From: a bacterium | GTDB taxonomy: Bacteria; UBA10199; 2-02-FULL-44-16; JAAZCA01 | Direction of reading: 5' to 3' | DNA: 64,000 nt | Assembly: GCA_021810905.1 (NCBI GenBank) | Contig: JAJZQH010000007.1 | Coordinates: 70,455 to 134,454, forward strand | Shown: in pieces, positions 35,273 to 45,500 of the stretch | Numbering within the stretch: the stretch's first letter is position 1 | Layout: the number at the start of each line of letters is the position of its first letter | The notes under the pieces: model-generated | What the model was told of the DNA's origin: nothing | The model's database searches: none | What the model saw: only the letters and a program-made list of their open reading frames with translations | Translations under genes and position numbers: made by a program

Positions 35273-36631
35273 CTGCACGATCCCGTATTGTCTGATCTTT
35301 CGATAGAGCGTATCGCGGCCGATACCGAGCATATGCGCCGCCTGTGAGATATTCCACCCGCACTGCGTGAGCACTTCCGCTATGTGCGAAGCCTCGACCG
35401 CGCGCAACGGCGCAAGAGCGCCGGCCGATGCGGCATGTTCGTGGACGGCCTGGCGAAGCGGTCCAAGTGTTATATCCCGCGCAGCTATCGATGGAGGAAT
35501 CCCGAAGACCACGGCCCTCTCGATTGCATTCTGCAGCTCGCGCACGTTTCCCGGCCACGAATATGAGGCGAGCATGTCGCGAGCCTCTTTTGAAAAGTCA
35601 TGAAAAGGTTTGCCCGTTTTCTGAGAATAGAATTCAAGGAAGTGCTGCGCGAGAAGAAGTATATCCTCAGGCCGGTCGCGCAGCGGCGGAATGGTTATGG
35701 GCAGAACGCTCAGCCTGTAGAATAGATCCGCGCGGAATATGTTCGCCGCGACCTCGGCCTGAAGATCCTTGTTAGTCGCCGCAATCACCCTCACGTCCAC
35801 CTTTATCTCCTTGAGCCCGCCGATGCGCGTAAAGCTCCTCTCCTGGAGCACCCTCAGGAGCTTCGTCTGTATCATCGGCGAAAGATCGCCGATCTCATCG
35901 AGGAAGATCGTTCCGGTGTTGGCGAACTCGAACCTGCCCATCTGGCGCTCGAACGCGTCCGTGAATGCGCCCCGCTCGTGTCCGAAGAGTTCGTTCTCTA
36001 TGAGCGTTTCAGGCACGGCGGCGCAGCTCACCGTGACAAACGGTTTTAGCCTGCGCGGGCCGTTGTAATGAAGTGCCCTTGCGGCGAGTTCCTTGCCCAC
36101 GCCGCTCTCCCCCGTGACGAGCACCGTGGCATCGGATTCCGCGAGCTGCCTCAGGTGTTCGACCGTGTCATGCATCGCCTGGCTCTTGTATATGAACTGA
36201 TCGAATCCGTAAGATACCGACATCTCCTTCTCAAATGTGGCGATAGTCTGCCTTGCCTGACGGGACTGCGTCGCATTTACGATCTTGATCCACAGTTCCT
36301 CAAAATGGATCGGCTTGACTATGAAATCGTAGGCGCCCTTTTTGATGACGCTCACTGCGGTTTCCAGATCATTGCGGCCTGTAACGATAATTATCGCAAG
36401 CGTCGCGTCGATGCACAGTATCCGTCCTATCAATTCCATGCCAGAGACGTCTGGCAGGCCTAGATCGAGCAGCACGACGTCGAACGGATAATCCTGCAGG
36501 GTCTGCATGGCTTCGGCGGCGCTGTTCGCCGTCTTGACGTTGGCGCCCTCCGCGATGAGGCGGTCGGCGAGATTGGATGCGAAGTCCTGATCGTCATCCA
36601 CCACAAGGATGTCCATTTTCTTGTTGTCCAT
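35261..36631 (-). CDS. NtrC-family sigma-54-dependent response regulator (REC, AAA+, Fis HTH)
   Basis: REC: ILVVDDD...DVVLLDLGLPD. AAA+: GESGVGKELAARALH, ENELFGH, GTIFLDEI. HTH: AAHMLGIGRDTLYRKIRQYG. The sigma-54 contact loop reads GAFTDA (nt 35954-35971) instead of GAFTGA. Confidence 0.9.
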   Translation of the reverse strand: MDNKKMDILVVDDDQDFASNLADRLIAEGANVKTANSAAEAMQTLQDYPFDVVLLDLGLPDVSGMELIGRILCIDATLAIIIVTGRNDLETAVSVIKKGAYDFIVKPIHFEELWIKIVNATQSRQARQTIATFEKEMSVSYGFDQFIYKSQAMHDTVEHLRQLAESDATVLVTGESGVGKELAARALHYNGPRRLKPFVTVSCAAVPETLIENELFGHERGAFTDAFERQMGRFEFANTGTIFLDEIGDLSPMIQTKLLRVLQERSFTRIGGLKEIKVDVRVIAATNKDLQAEVAANIFRADLFYRLSVLPITIPPLRDRPEDILLLAQHFLEFYSQKTGKPFHDFSKEARDMLASYSWPGNVRELQNAIERAVVFGIPPSIAARDITLGPLRQAVHEHAASAGALAPLRAVEASHIAEVLTQCGWNISQAAHMLGIGRDTLYRKIRQYGIVQKKT

Positions 36632-36671
36632 GATCGCCTCGGCCTGTTCGACTCATCAAATCATAATATCG

Positions 36672-36694
36672 ACAGTGCAATAATATTACACTGT
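36672..36694. promoter_or_regulatory. 23-bp near-perfect palindrome ACAGTGCAATA-A-TATTACACTGT (candidate operator)
   Basis: It has one mismatch between arms and is AT-rich 7-1-7-like at the centre. It lies in the spacer between the divergent response regulator and peroxiredoxin genes. Confidence 0.3.
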
Positions 36695-36847
36695 AGTATT
36701 GTAATACACTACCAATTTCATATCTGGCTTCTCCATATCAGTTGTGATTAATGCCTGCCCCGGTCTGACATGAATATTTTCGGTTGACCCATCAAGAATA
36801 AATGCTAAAAATATCAGCCAAGGTCAATAACACACCAAGGGGGGGGT

Positions 36848-37654
36848 ATGGATAACCGCATCCGAAACATAACAGTCTTCGTAGCCATAGTTGCGGCCAT
36901 CTCTGTTTCAGGCTGCAGGATCAAGGCTGACGTAAAACATGTGATCGAAAAGATCGGCGAAGCCGGCAAGCCTGCCGAGCAGGTTTACCAGATGCCGATC
37001 ATAGGGCAGGTGGCGCCGTCTTTCACCGCCGACACCACGCAGGGATCGATCAACTTTCCCGAGGATTACAAGGGCAAGTGGGTGATCCTCTTCAGTCATC
37101 CAGCGGATTTCACGCCGGTCTGCACCACGGAATTCATGACGTTCGCATCAATGGAGAAGGAATTCGACGCCCTCAACACGAAACTCGTAGGCCTGTCTAT
37201 CGACAGCATCTACAGCCACATCGCCTGGCTGCGCACGATCAAGGAAAAGATCGAATACAAGGGGATGAAGAAGGTGGAGATCAATTTTCCTGTCATCGCC
37301 GACATAAGGATGGATGTAGCGAAGAAATACGGAATGCTGCAGCCGACGGCAAGCAACACGCAGGCAGTGCGTGCGGTATTCTTCATCGACCCGGAATCGA
37401 AAATACGCGCAATCATCTACTACCCGCTCTCCAACGGCCGCAATTTCGACGAAATCAAGAGGCTTCTGATCGCCATGCAAACCTCGGACAAATATAAAAT
37501 TGCGACGCCTGCCGACTGGAAGCCTGGAGACGAAGTGATCATCCCGCCGCCTGGAAGCTGCGGTACGGCAAAGGAACGCGTGGCCAACCAGCAGGCTGAG
37601 GGCTACCATTGCTTCGACTGGTTTCTCTGCATGAAGCCGCTCGCGGCAGAATAG
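36848..37654 (+). CDS. 1-Cys (Prx6-type) peroxiredoxin with an N-terminal lipoprotein-like signal extension
   Basis: WVILFSHPADFTPVCTTEF carries the peroxidatic Cys motif. There is a ~50-aa N-terminal extension, MDNRIRNITVFVAIVAAISVSGC. Confidence 0.9.
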   Translation: MDNRIRNITVFVAIVAAISVSGCRIKADVKHVIEKIGEAGKPAEQVYQMPIIGQVAPSFTADTTQGSINFPEDYKGKWVILFSHPADFTPVCTTEFMTFASMEKEFDALNTKLVGLSIDSIYSHIAWLRTIKEKIEYKGMKKVEINFPVIADIRMDVAKKYGMLQPTASNTQAVRAVFFIDPESKIRAIIYYPLSNGRNFDEIKRLLIAMQTSDKYKIATPADWKPGDEVIIPPPGSCGTAKERVANQQAEGYHCFDWFLCMKPLAAE

Positions 37655-37674
37655 CGAAACAGGATTTGCAGGCG

Positions 37675-37704
37675 AAGGCCCCGGGACACCGGGGCCTTTT
37701 TTAT
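37675..37704 (+). terminator. intrinsic terminator
   Basis: AAGGCCCCGG-GACA-CCGGGGCCTT followed by TTTTATTT. Confidence 0.7.
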
Positions 37705-38133
37705 TTATGGGCCCTTATGATAAGGTTCTCCCTTGAGGATCGAACACGCTCGATAGAGCTGCTCGAGAATCATCACCTGCGCAAGTTCGTGGGGAAAGGT
37801 CATGAGCGAGAGCCCGAGTGCAAGGCCGGCGCGGGCGCGGATCTCCTGCCCCGCCCCATCGGGCCCGCCGATAAAGAACGCCATCCTCTTCGTGCCGCGC
37901 ATCTGGTGTCTGCGGATGAACTCGGCCAGTTGCTCCGAACTCATCTGCCCGCCTCTGCTGTCGAGCAGCACCAGAAAATCGCCCGGCTCCAGCTTTGACA
38001 GCGCCTGCCGATCATCTTTGCAAACGATCTCTTCAATTGGAAGATAGTGCGCTAGCCGCCTTGCATACTGAGAAGCAAGTTCGGCAATCGGCCGAGACCT
38101 GATCTTGCCTATTGGGAGTATGACCAGCTTCAT
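37705..38133 (-). CDS. rlmH: 23S rRNA (pseudouridine1915-N3)-methyltransferase
   Basis: MKLVILPIGKIRS...LLDSRGGQMSSEQLAEFI...FFIGGPDG...LSLMTFPHELAQVMILEQLYRA is the SPOUT RlmH pattern. The ATG overlaps the upstream stop (ATGA). Confidence 0.85.
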   Translation of the reverse strand: MKLVILPIGKIRSRPIAELASQYARRLAHYLPIEEIVCKDDRQALSKLEPGDFLVLLDSRGGQMSSEQLAEFIRRHQMRGTKRMAFFIGGPDGAGQEIRARAGLALGLSLMTFPHELAQVMILEQLYRACSILKGEPYHKGP

Positions 38134-38798
38134 GCCATCTCGATGACCGCGTCTACCAGCTTCTTGATCCCCTGCCACGCCTCGTCGATCGATTTGGCGT
38201 TCATGTACGCGGGCGAGGTGACGATCCTGTGCTCGCGGTCTATCACGCATTCAGTCGGCAGGCAGTTCACATGGGTATGGCCCATATCCTCGATGGCAGC
38301 TGCTACGTCGACGTCCGTTCCGCAGGTAATTGTGGCGGATATGCCTTCGAGCTCCAGGACCCGCGCTAGGGTGGTCGGGGCGATGCAGATCGCACCTATA
38401 GGTTTTTGCGCCTTGGCCATATTGGCAATGAGCCGCTGCACGTCAGGGTCCACCTTGCAGTCAACTCCGTCGACGAGAAAACTGGAGAGATTCAGAGCCG
38501 CGCCCTGACCGCCGGGAATAATCAGCGCATCGATATCAGCGACGGAGACCTGGGCTGCGTAGCGTATCACGCCCCTGGCGATGCGCGCGGACTCCACGAT
38601 CATATCTCGCTTTTCATGGACCTCGGCGCCTGTAAGATGATTTCTGACCAGGAGGGTAGTGCCCGCTGGAGCCATGCAGACCGCTGCTGCTCCCGCCATA
38701 TCTATGGCAAGCAGCGAGAGCGTCGCCTCGTGTATCTCGGAGCCGTCGCGATGGCCGCACCCGCAGAGCATAACGCCGATGCGCTTCTTTTGTTCCAT
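38130..38798 (-). CDS. elbB: ElbB-like DJ-1/PfpI-family protein
   Basis: KRIGVMLCGCGHRDGSEIHEATLSLLAID...DALIIPGGQGAA.NLS...PIGAICIAP...IVTSPAYM is collinear with E. coli ElbB as I remember it. Confidence 0.85.
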   Translation of the reverse strand: MEQKKRIGVMLCGCGHRDGSEIHEATLSLLAIDMAGAAAVCMAPAGTTLLVRNHLTGAEVHEKRDMIVESARIARGVIRYAAQVSVADIDALIIPGGQGAALNLSSFLVDGVDCKVDPDVQRLIANMAKAQKPIGAICIAPTTLARVLELEGISATITCGTDVDVAAAIEDMGHTHVNCLPTECVIDREHRIVTSPAYMNAKSIDEAWQGIKKLVDAVIEMA

Positions 38799-38891
38799 GG
38801 AAGCCTCCAGTTGTTGCTTGCGTTTCTAGCCTGTGCAGTCTGCCTTGGCAAGTACTTGCGGGCTGCCATCTTATGGGCTAGACCGCAATAC

Positions 38892-40955
38892 ATGCGGTTT
38901 GCAAATATCGCCATTCCCTCGCCTCTGCGTACCACCTTCAGCTACGCCCTGCCGGAGTCACTCGACGCCCGCCCTGGAATGCGCGCGGTCGTTGAATTTC
39001 GCAAGAAACGCATGACGGGCGTCATCATGGAAGTCACGGAAGATCCGCCGACGGGCCTTGCCGGCAAGGCCATCAAGGATGTGCTGGAAATTCCGGACGA
39101 GACGCCGGCGCTCTCCGCAAACCTCCTCAAGCTCATGCGATGGATGTCCGATTACTACTGCACGCCCATCGGAGAAGTAGTGCGCGCTGCCATGCCCGCG
39201 CGTCTGCTTCAAATCAGCGCGCCCAGGACCACCAGGCCCACGGAGCCGCACGAGACGATCCCCCTCGTCGAGGAAGAAATCACGCTCAATTCGGATCAGC
39301 AGCTTGCCCTCGACGCGATGCTCGCGGCTGCAACGTCGGACAGCCCGCGCGTCACGCTCCTGCACGGGGTTACAGGCAGCGGAAAGACGGAGGTCTATCT
39401 CCGCTTTTTTGCGGAGCTCGCGCTGCGCGGAAAACAGGGACTTGTGCTCGTGCCTGAAATCGGTCTCACGCAGCAGCTCGCAGGCCGCGCGGCCGCGCGA
39501 TTCGGCGACCGCGTGGCGGTATATCACTCCGGCCTCACTGACGCGCAGCGCCACGCCCAGTGGCTCAGGATGCGCGATGGGGAAGTGGACGTGGTCATAG
39601 GCACGCGCTGTGCGCTCTTCGCGCCGCTTGCGAATCTAGGCGCAATCGCCGTGGACGAGGAACACGACGCATCCTATAAACAGGACGAGGGATTCTCATA
39701 CAACGGCCGTGACGCCGCGGTGATGCGCGCGCATATCGAGGGGATTGGGGTAGTGCTTGGCAGCGCGACGCCATCGCTCGAGAGCGTGGCCAACGCGCGC
39801 TCAGGAAAATATGCGATCCACTCCCTGCCCTTGCGAACTGCCGGGGCATCCCTCCCTGATATCGAAATCGTGGACATGAGAATCGCACGAACCGCGGATA
39901 AAAAAATCCGGCGTTCGGAGGGAGAGGATAGAAAACGCGAACTCCACGCGCTCTCTCCCAAGCTTTACGATGCGATCGCAGAGACGCTGGACCGCAAAGA
40001 ACAGGCGCTGCTTTTCATGGGGCGCCGCGGTTTCGCGAGCTCCATGCAGTGCGAGGGGTGCGGGGATGCGATCGAATGCCCCAACTGCGACATCGCGCTC
40101 ACCGCGCACATCGGCAGGGCAAAAAACGATACAGGCGCCGCGCTCGTCTGCCACTACTGCGACTATCAGATCCCCCTACCCTCGGAGTGCCCCTCGTGCG
40201 GTGGAAGCGAAATCACGCCCGTAGGTCAGGGGACGCAGAGGCTGGAGGGCGAGATAGCGGACTTCTTCCCAAATGCGCGCGTGGCAAGGCTCGACAGCGA
40301 TATGGCTGCCGCGCCAAAGGAACGCCGCCGCATACTCGGCGGCATGAGGGAGAAAAAAATCGACATACTGGTGGGGACACAGATGGTCACCAAGGGGCAC
40401 GACTTCCCCGACGTGACGCTCGTGGGCGTGATCTGTGCGGACATGTCGCTGCACATCCCGGACTTCCGCGCTGCCGAGCGCACGTTCCAGCTGCTCACGC
40501 AGGTGGCCGGCCGCGCGGGCAGGGGCGACAAGCCCGGCCGCGTGATCATCCAGACCTGGCAGCCCGAGCATCCGAGCCTTGTCATGGCGTCGCTGTACGA
40601 CTTCGAGGGATTCGCGTCGGAAGAGCTGAAATATCGCGAGAAGCTCTCATACCCGCCGTTCGGCAGGCTCGCCATAATAAGGATATCATCCAACTCCAAC
40701 GACGCCGCCTCAAAGGCCTCGCTCGCCGTGGCTGGGATAATCAAAAATTGCACAAATGCAGGGATCGCCGTCCTGGGCCCCGCACCCGCTCCGATCGCGC
40801 GCATTCGGAACCGCTATCGGTGGCAGATCCTCATAAAGGCCTCAACCCCAGGTCAACTCGGCCAGTTCCTTGCACGCGCCAGGCATGGAATGGAGAGGGC
40901 GCTGCCTCGAAACGTACGGCTCGCCATAGACGTGGACCCACTAAATCTCATGTAA
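38892..40955 (+). CDS. priA: primosomal protein N' (replication restart helicase)
   Basis: MRFANIAIPSPLRTTFSYALP, Walker A GVTGSGKTEVY, DEEHD, the Cys-rich zinc region C..C.....C..C...C..C....C..C, and GTQMVTKGHDFP. Confidence 0.9.
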   Translation: MRFANIAIPSPLRTTFSYALPESLDARPGMRAVVEFRKKRMTGVIMEVTEDPPTGLAGKAIKDVLEIPDETPALSANLLKLMRWMSDYYCTPIGEVVRAAMPARLLQISAPRTTRPTEPHETIPLVEEEITLNSDQQLALDAMLAAATSDSPRVTLLHGVTGSGKTEVYLRFFAELALRGKQGLVLVPEIGLTQQLAGRAAARFGDRVAVYHSGLTDAQRHAQWLRMRDGEVDVVIGTRCALFAPLANLGAIAVDEEHDASYKQDEGFSYNGRDAAVMRAHIEGIGVVLGSATPSLESVANARSGKYAIHSLPLRTAGASLPDIEIVDMRIARTADKKIRRSEGEDRKRELHALSPKLYDAIAETLDRKEQALLFMGRRGFASSMQCEGCGDAIECPNCDIALTAHIGRAKNDTGAALVCHYCDYQIPLPSECPSCGGSEITPVGQGTQRLEGEIADFFPNARVARLDSDMAAAPKERRRILGGMREKKIDILVGTQMVTKGHDFPDVTLVGVICADMSLHIPDFRAAERTFQLLTQVAGRAGRGDKPGRVIIQTWQPEHPSLVMASLYDFEGFASEELKYREKLSYPPFGRLAIIRISSNSNDAASKASLAVAGIIKNCTNAGIAVLGPAPAPIARIRNRYRWQILIKASTPGQLGQFLARARHGMERALPRNVRLAIDVDPLNLM

Positions 40956-41168
40956 CTCATTGCCAAAATCCAGGTTACCTGACCGCAGGCCTACACCCCA
41001 CGGCATCGCAACATGCTGTTTTTAATAACCTTTTCTTGCTCCGTCTGACGAACCTTCACCTTTTTTTAAAAAAATCGCGCGAGACGCAACTTGGGCATCC
41101 GCGCGGCCGATAATAACTATGGAAGTTGAAAATCAGTAAAGCAGGTCGAAAATATCGACCCCCCCTTT

Positions 41169-41205
41169 GGGCCCTTCTGCAATAGTGTGGAAGGGTCCTT
41201 TTTTA
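41169..41205 (+). terminator. intrinsic terminator-like hairpin in the priA downstream spacer
   Basis: GGGCCCTTC-N12-GAAGGGTCC followed by TTTTTT, and preceded by a second hairpin GGTCGA-AAATA-TCGACC (41144-41160). Confidence 0.5.
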
Positions 41206-41271
41206 TCTGCGGCAATTCAGAGCAGGTTAAAATGACCTTTTCAACGACTGCCGGTACTTGGGTTTGACATG

Positions 41272-41293
41272 ATCCATTTTACGCGTAAAATGG
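41272..41293. promoter_or_regulatory. perfect 22-bp palindrome TCCATTTTACGCGTAAAATGGA
   Basis: It ends 6 nt upstream of the 41300 start codon. Confidence 0.35.
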
Positions 41294-41299
41294 ATTATC

Positions 41300-42508
41300 A
41301 TGAATCCATATCACGAACAGTTCCGTACGATAGAACGCTATTGGACGTCCGAAAAATGGCTTGGAAACCGGATGCTGTTCCTGTCCGGCCCAAGACAGGT
41401 CGGAAAGACCACGCTCGTCACGTCAACGATCTGCCGCGAGGAAGAGGCCTATTTCAACTGGGATAGCCGCCGCGTACGTCAGCTGTATTTTCAGGACCCT
41501 GATTTTGTCTCCGCCATCAATGCAAAGTGGATCTGTTTTGATGAAATTCACAAGCGCCCGAAATGGAAGGATATCCTCAAGGGTATCTACGACGAATATA
41601 AGAGGAAATTTCACTTTGTCGTCACGGGCAGCGCAAGGCTCGATACCTTCAGGAAAAGCGGCGATTCCCTCGTCGGACGATATTTTCACACGAACCTTTT
41701 CCCTCTGAATCTGCCGGATTTCAAAAAGACCGATTTTGCGCTCCCACGAAACGCCCTGGATTTAATAATAAAAGCTGGCGATATGGCTGATGAAAATACG
41801 CTGGAAGATCTTTTGAACCTTGGCGGTTTTCCCGAACCCTTCTTCTCTTCCTCTGAAACGTTCTGGAAACGCTGGTCGGCAAACCACAGGAATTTGATCA
41901 TTCGCGAGGATATGCGCGACCTGACTCACGTCGTGGAGTTCGACAAGATCGAGCACCTTCTGGACATGCTCGGGAGATCCATCGGCAACACGATCAGCTA
42001 CAGGAACCTGGCGAATGACCTCGAGACCACGCACGCAAGCATCAGGCGATGGCTTGAAATGCTGGGCAAACTTGAGCTGGTTTTTGCCGTTCCGCCGTAT
42101 TCGAAAAAAATCAGCCGTGCGTATAAATCAGAAAAGAAATGGTATTATACGGACTGGAAAAACGCAGGTGAAAATATCTTTGAAAATTATATCGCAGCGT
42201 CGCTGTTGCGCGCGGCAGTTCTTTATTCGGATCGCTACGGTGAAAAGATGTCGCTGCACTTCATCCGCACGCACGATCAGACGGAGATCGATTTCCTGAT
42301 ATGCTTCAACGGCAAACCCTGGCTGCTCGTCGATGCAAAAGAAGGTGCGCCGGACGTGCCGTCGGCAGCGTATCGTTTCGGCAATCTTCTGCAGGTTCCC
42401 TGCCTGATCGTCACACGGAAAAAAGGAATTTTTAAGAAAATGACCGGCGCGGAAAAACAACGCATCTACTGCATATCCTGGTCAAAGTTCGGACAGATGT
42501 TGCCTTAG
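41300..42508 (+). CDS. AAA ATPase with a C-terminal PD-(D/E)xK-like module (AAA_14/DUF4143-type architecture)
   Basis: Walker A is LSGPRQVGKTT and Walker B-like is ICFDEIH. The C-terminal TEIDFLI...LLVDAKEG fits a D...(D/E)xK nuclease-like motif. The gene looks lower in GC than its neighbours. Confidence 0.75.
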   Translation: MNPYHEQFRTIERYWTSEKWLGNRMLFLSGPRQVGKTTLVTSTICREEEAYFNWDSRRVRQLYFQDPDFVSAINAKWICFDEIHKRPKWKDILKGIYDEYKRKFHFVVTGSARLDTFRKSGDSLVGRYFHTNLFPLNLPDFKKTDFALPRNALDLIIKAGDMADENTLEDLLNLGGFPEPFFSSSETFWKRWSANHRNLIIREDMRDLTHVVEFDKIEHLLDMLGRSIGNTISYRNLANDLETTHASIRRWLEMLGKLELVFAVPPYSKKISRAYKSEKKWYYTDWKNAGENIFENYIAASLLRAAVLYSDRYGEKMSLHFIRTHDQTEIDFLICFNGKPWLLVDAKEGAPDVPSAAYRFGNLLQVPCLIVTRKKGIFKKMTGAEKQRIYCISWSKFGQMLP

Positions 42509-42515
42509 ATGGCCT

Positions 42516-45500
42516 CTACAGGACGGAGACCTTGAGCGTCGCGGTAACCCCTACACCGCGTACACCTCCCAGGCTGTCGCTGTATTCGTAGGGAGAGAGG
42601 CCGTCGGGGCGTTCGACCTTCATAGCCTTCTTCTCGCCTATCGAACGCCACGTAGTGATCAGCGGGACGCCCATCTCTCGCGCCTTCTTCTTTGCGAGCG
42701 CGATGATGACGGCGTCCGTATTCGGATCGACCAGCGAGTTGACGTAGTAAGCCCTCTCAAGGAGCAGCGCCGGCTTGCCGTCCGCTTTCACCGCTTTGAG
42801 CATGGCCCTGCCCACTACCGTATCGTCCTGATTCGTGACGCGGATGATCTTCACGCCGGAGTTGAGCACGTATCCCGACAGACCGATCACGAGCTCAGCC
42901 GTGCCGTCCGGCCTCTGGCAAGAACCGGAGTTAGCCGGCTCTCTCCCCGCGAGGATCAGATGCACGGGGTCCGAACTCTCCGACGCCGTGAGGCGCCTGT
43001 TTTTCGAACCTTTCCTCTTCTCAAAGAGGAGCCTGACCAATTCGCCCACGTCCATCTTCGCCTGCAGACTCGCGAGTTCCCGTTCGCTCAGTCCGTAGTG
43101 CTTCGCGAAGAGCATCTTCGTGGCGTTGGCGAGGTTATTGAGCTGCCGCTTTGCCTCACTTTCGTTCTTTTTGATATTCGCGAGGTCCATCCTCTCGATT
43201 GCATCTATGGATACCAGTATGCGTTCTATCTGTTTGAGCTTCTGAAACTCCGTTGAACCTTTTGCCTCGCGCGCGATCCGTGCCCTCAGCGCATCGAGAT
43301 ATTCATCTGTAAACGCGAAATCCTTCTCGCCGCATGCGCGCATGTGGAGCTCGAAGTGGAATTTCATGTCCGCGATGCGCTGAAGCGCGGCGTTCCTTAC
43401 GGCCTCGGCAGCATCGATGCCCTTCTCGACGATCATCTCCTCCTTGAGATCCTTCGTCCATTTCGATTTCATCTCATCGCTCATGAAATCGAGCTGTCCC
43501 GCGGCCTTCATGAGCAACGCGCGCTGCCCGCGCGTGAGATAGCGCATACTGGCGACGCCCTCTTTTGTAGGGAATTTGACCTTGTGAAAATCGCCCATCA
43601 TGATGGCGGCCACAGCGATGTCCATGAGCCCGACGACCTCGTTGAAGTCTCGTTCCGACGCATATCTCGGATAGATCTCGTGCAGCGCCTGGAAAAGCCC
43701 GCTGGAATAGAATTCTCCAACACGCTCCACGAACCTGCGTTTGACTCCCTGGTCGAACGGCCTGCCCCTGATGAACGAGAGTACGACGGCCTCGGCCTTA
43801 TGCCGGAACTCCTCCTGCGTGCGGATTTCGTCCATGTCGAACGACTTATCCACCATCCGCACGACCATCAGCAGGCCGATGTTTTCCACGGCTTTACTGG
43901 CCGAGGATATCTCGATGGTTCGGAAGAATTGATCCATCGACTTTCGATCCGCTCGATGATCCTCCAGAAACCACATCACCTTTTTTCGATAGTCATTCGA
44001 AGTCCGCATCTCCTTTGACTGAAGGAGGCTTCGCATGGGCGCCATCTCCCGGTCCGTATTGGCTACCGCCAGCGTCTGAAGGAGGAAGTGCGCGGGTATC
44101 CCCTGCGGCTCGACGAATCCAGATTCCGCCCATCGCCTGACGCCTTCGTGAATGAGATCCATAGCCTGCGACTGCCTCACCGCAATGATGCCGACGTCGG
44201 AATAGACGCGCCTGAATATCTCCATCGCCCGGACAAGGAGGGCAGGCGGGAGCACGATCTCCGAATCCCGCACGAACGCGCGTTCCATCTCAACCTTGCG
44301 CTTGATATCGCGATCGCCGGAACCAAGGCCCGCCCATATCGACGCCACGATCGCATCGAGTTCTGGGTGCGCAGCCTTGATATGTTCGGGAATTTTCGGC
44401 CAGCAAGAATTGTGCATCGCAGCCAGGGATATGGCGATATCGGCGATCTTCCAGTAGTCCGGGTGATCGACGTTCACGAGCCCAAGCGCGGTCGCATAGT
44501 GCTCGGCCGCATAGGAAGTAGCGCCCTTCCTGACGAGCATCTCCGCTGCCATGAGGCGTAGCTCCATCTTCTTGTCTTCATCCGCTTCGTGGATCGCTGC
44601 AATGAAACACTGGTTCGCGCCATGGTTCTCAGTAGTGACGTGCAGACGGGCCTCTGCCGCAATGAGATTGAACCACATCCTGCGCGCTGGATCGCTTTCA
44701 ATAAAGGAAGCGAAGACATAGCCATTGGCGGCACTTGAAAAATTGGACCTGTCGCCGTGATGGTCTGCATACGCGAGCAACAACCCCACGGTCCTCTCTC
44801 TGAGAAGGGAGAGCTGCCCTTCGTCGCCCATCAATCCCTTCGCTCTCTTGTAGTTATTCTCAAAAAAATCATTGATATCCAGACCGCCGTTCCACACGAC
44901 ACGTTCCATGGCGAGGAACGCGAGCTCGAATTTCCGCGTCGAAACCTCTTCGTATTGAGCGGCTGAAAGATAATATTTTACCGCAGCCTCATATGCCCCA
45001 ACCTTGACCGCTGTTTCGGCAGCAAGCAGATATCGATTCTTTCTTGCTTCGGCTCCGTCTGCCGCAATCGCCAGCAACTCGTGAAAACACGCCTGTGTTC
45101 GATGATCGCCCGCTTCGGCATATTCCTCGATCAGCGGCAAAAAAAACTTCGTCGCCTCCTCGCGGATCTTCGCCGCATCGTCTCCTGCCAGCTCGATGGC
45201 CTCTTCCAGCATCTCTGCCAATCGGTACTCATCGAATCTCTTTCGATCAGTTGAATTATAATGGTCCCTTAAAATATGGCACTCCATCAGCTCCAGCTTT
45301 GCACGCGCGGTCTCCTCTTTTTCCAGGGCGCCCCGGTAGTTATGAATCGCACCTTCGAGCAGCTTCTTGCGAGGGTCTGTAAATGCAGTCTGATAATCGT
45401 AAAAATCCCTCCTCCCGCGGCGTTCTATACCTTCGATCGCCGCCTCGGCAGCCTGTTTGAAGAAGAAGCCGGCGTCCTCAAATGCGCCGTTCTTCTCATG

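Noticed and set aside
36632-36847. Sigma-54 promoter for the peroxiredoxin gene, driven by the divergent NtrC-type regulator
   Set aside because: No GG-N10-GC element with acceptable flanks is found in the spacer. A sigma-70-like TTGACC-N16-TAAAAA is present instead.
40049-41113. 354-aa Arg-rich ORF in an alternative frame of priA, running into the downstream spacer
   Set aside because: It is an off-frame translation with extreme Arg/Gly/Pro content. The priA frame contains the helicase and zinc-finger motifs.
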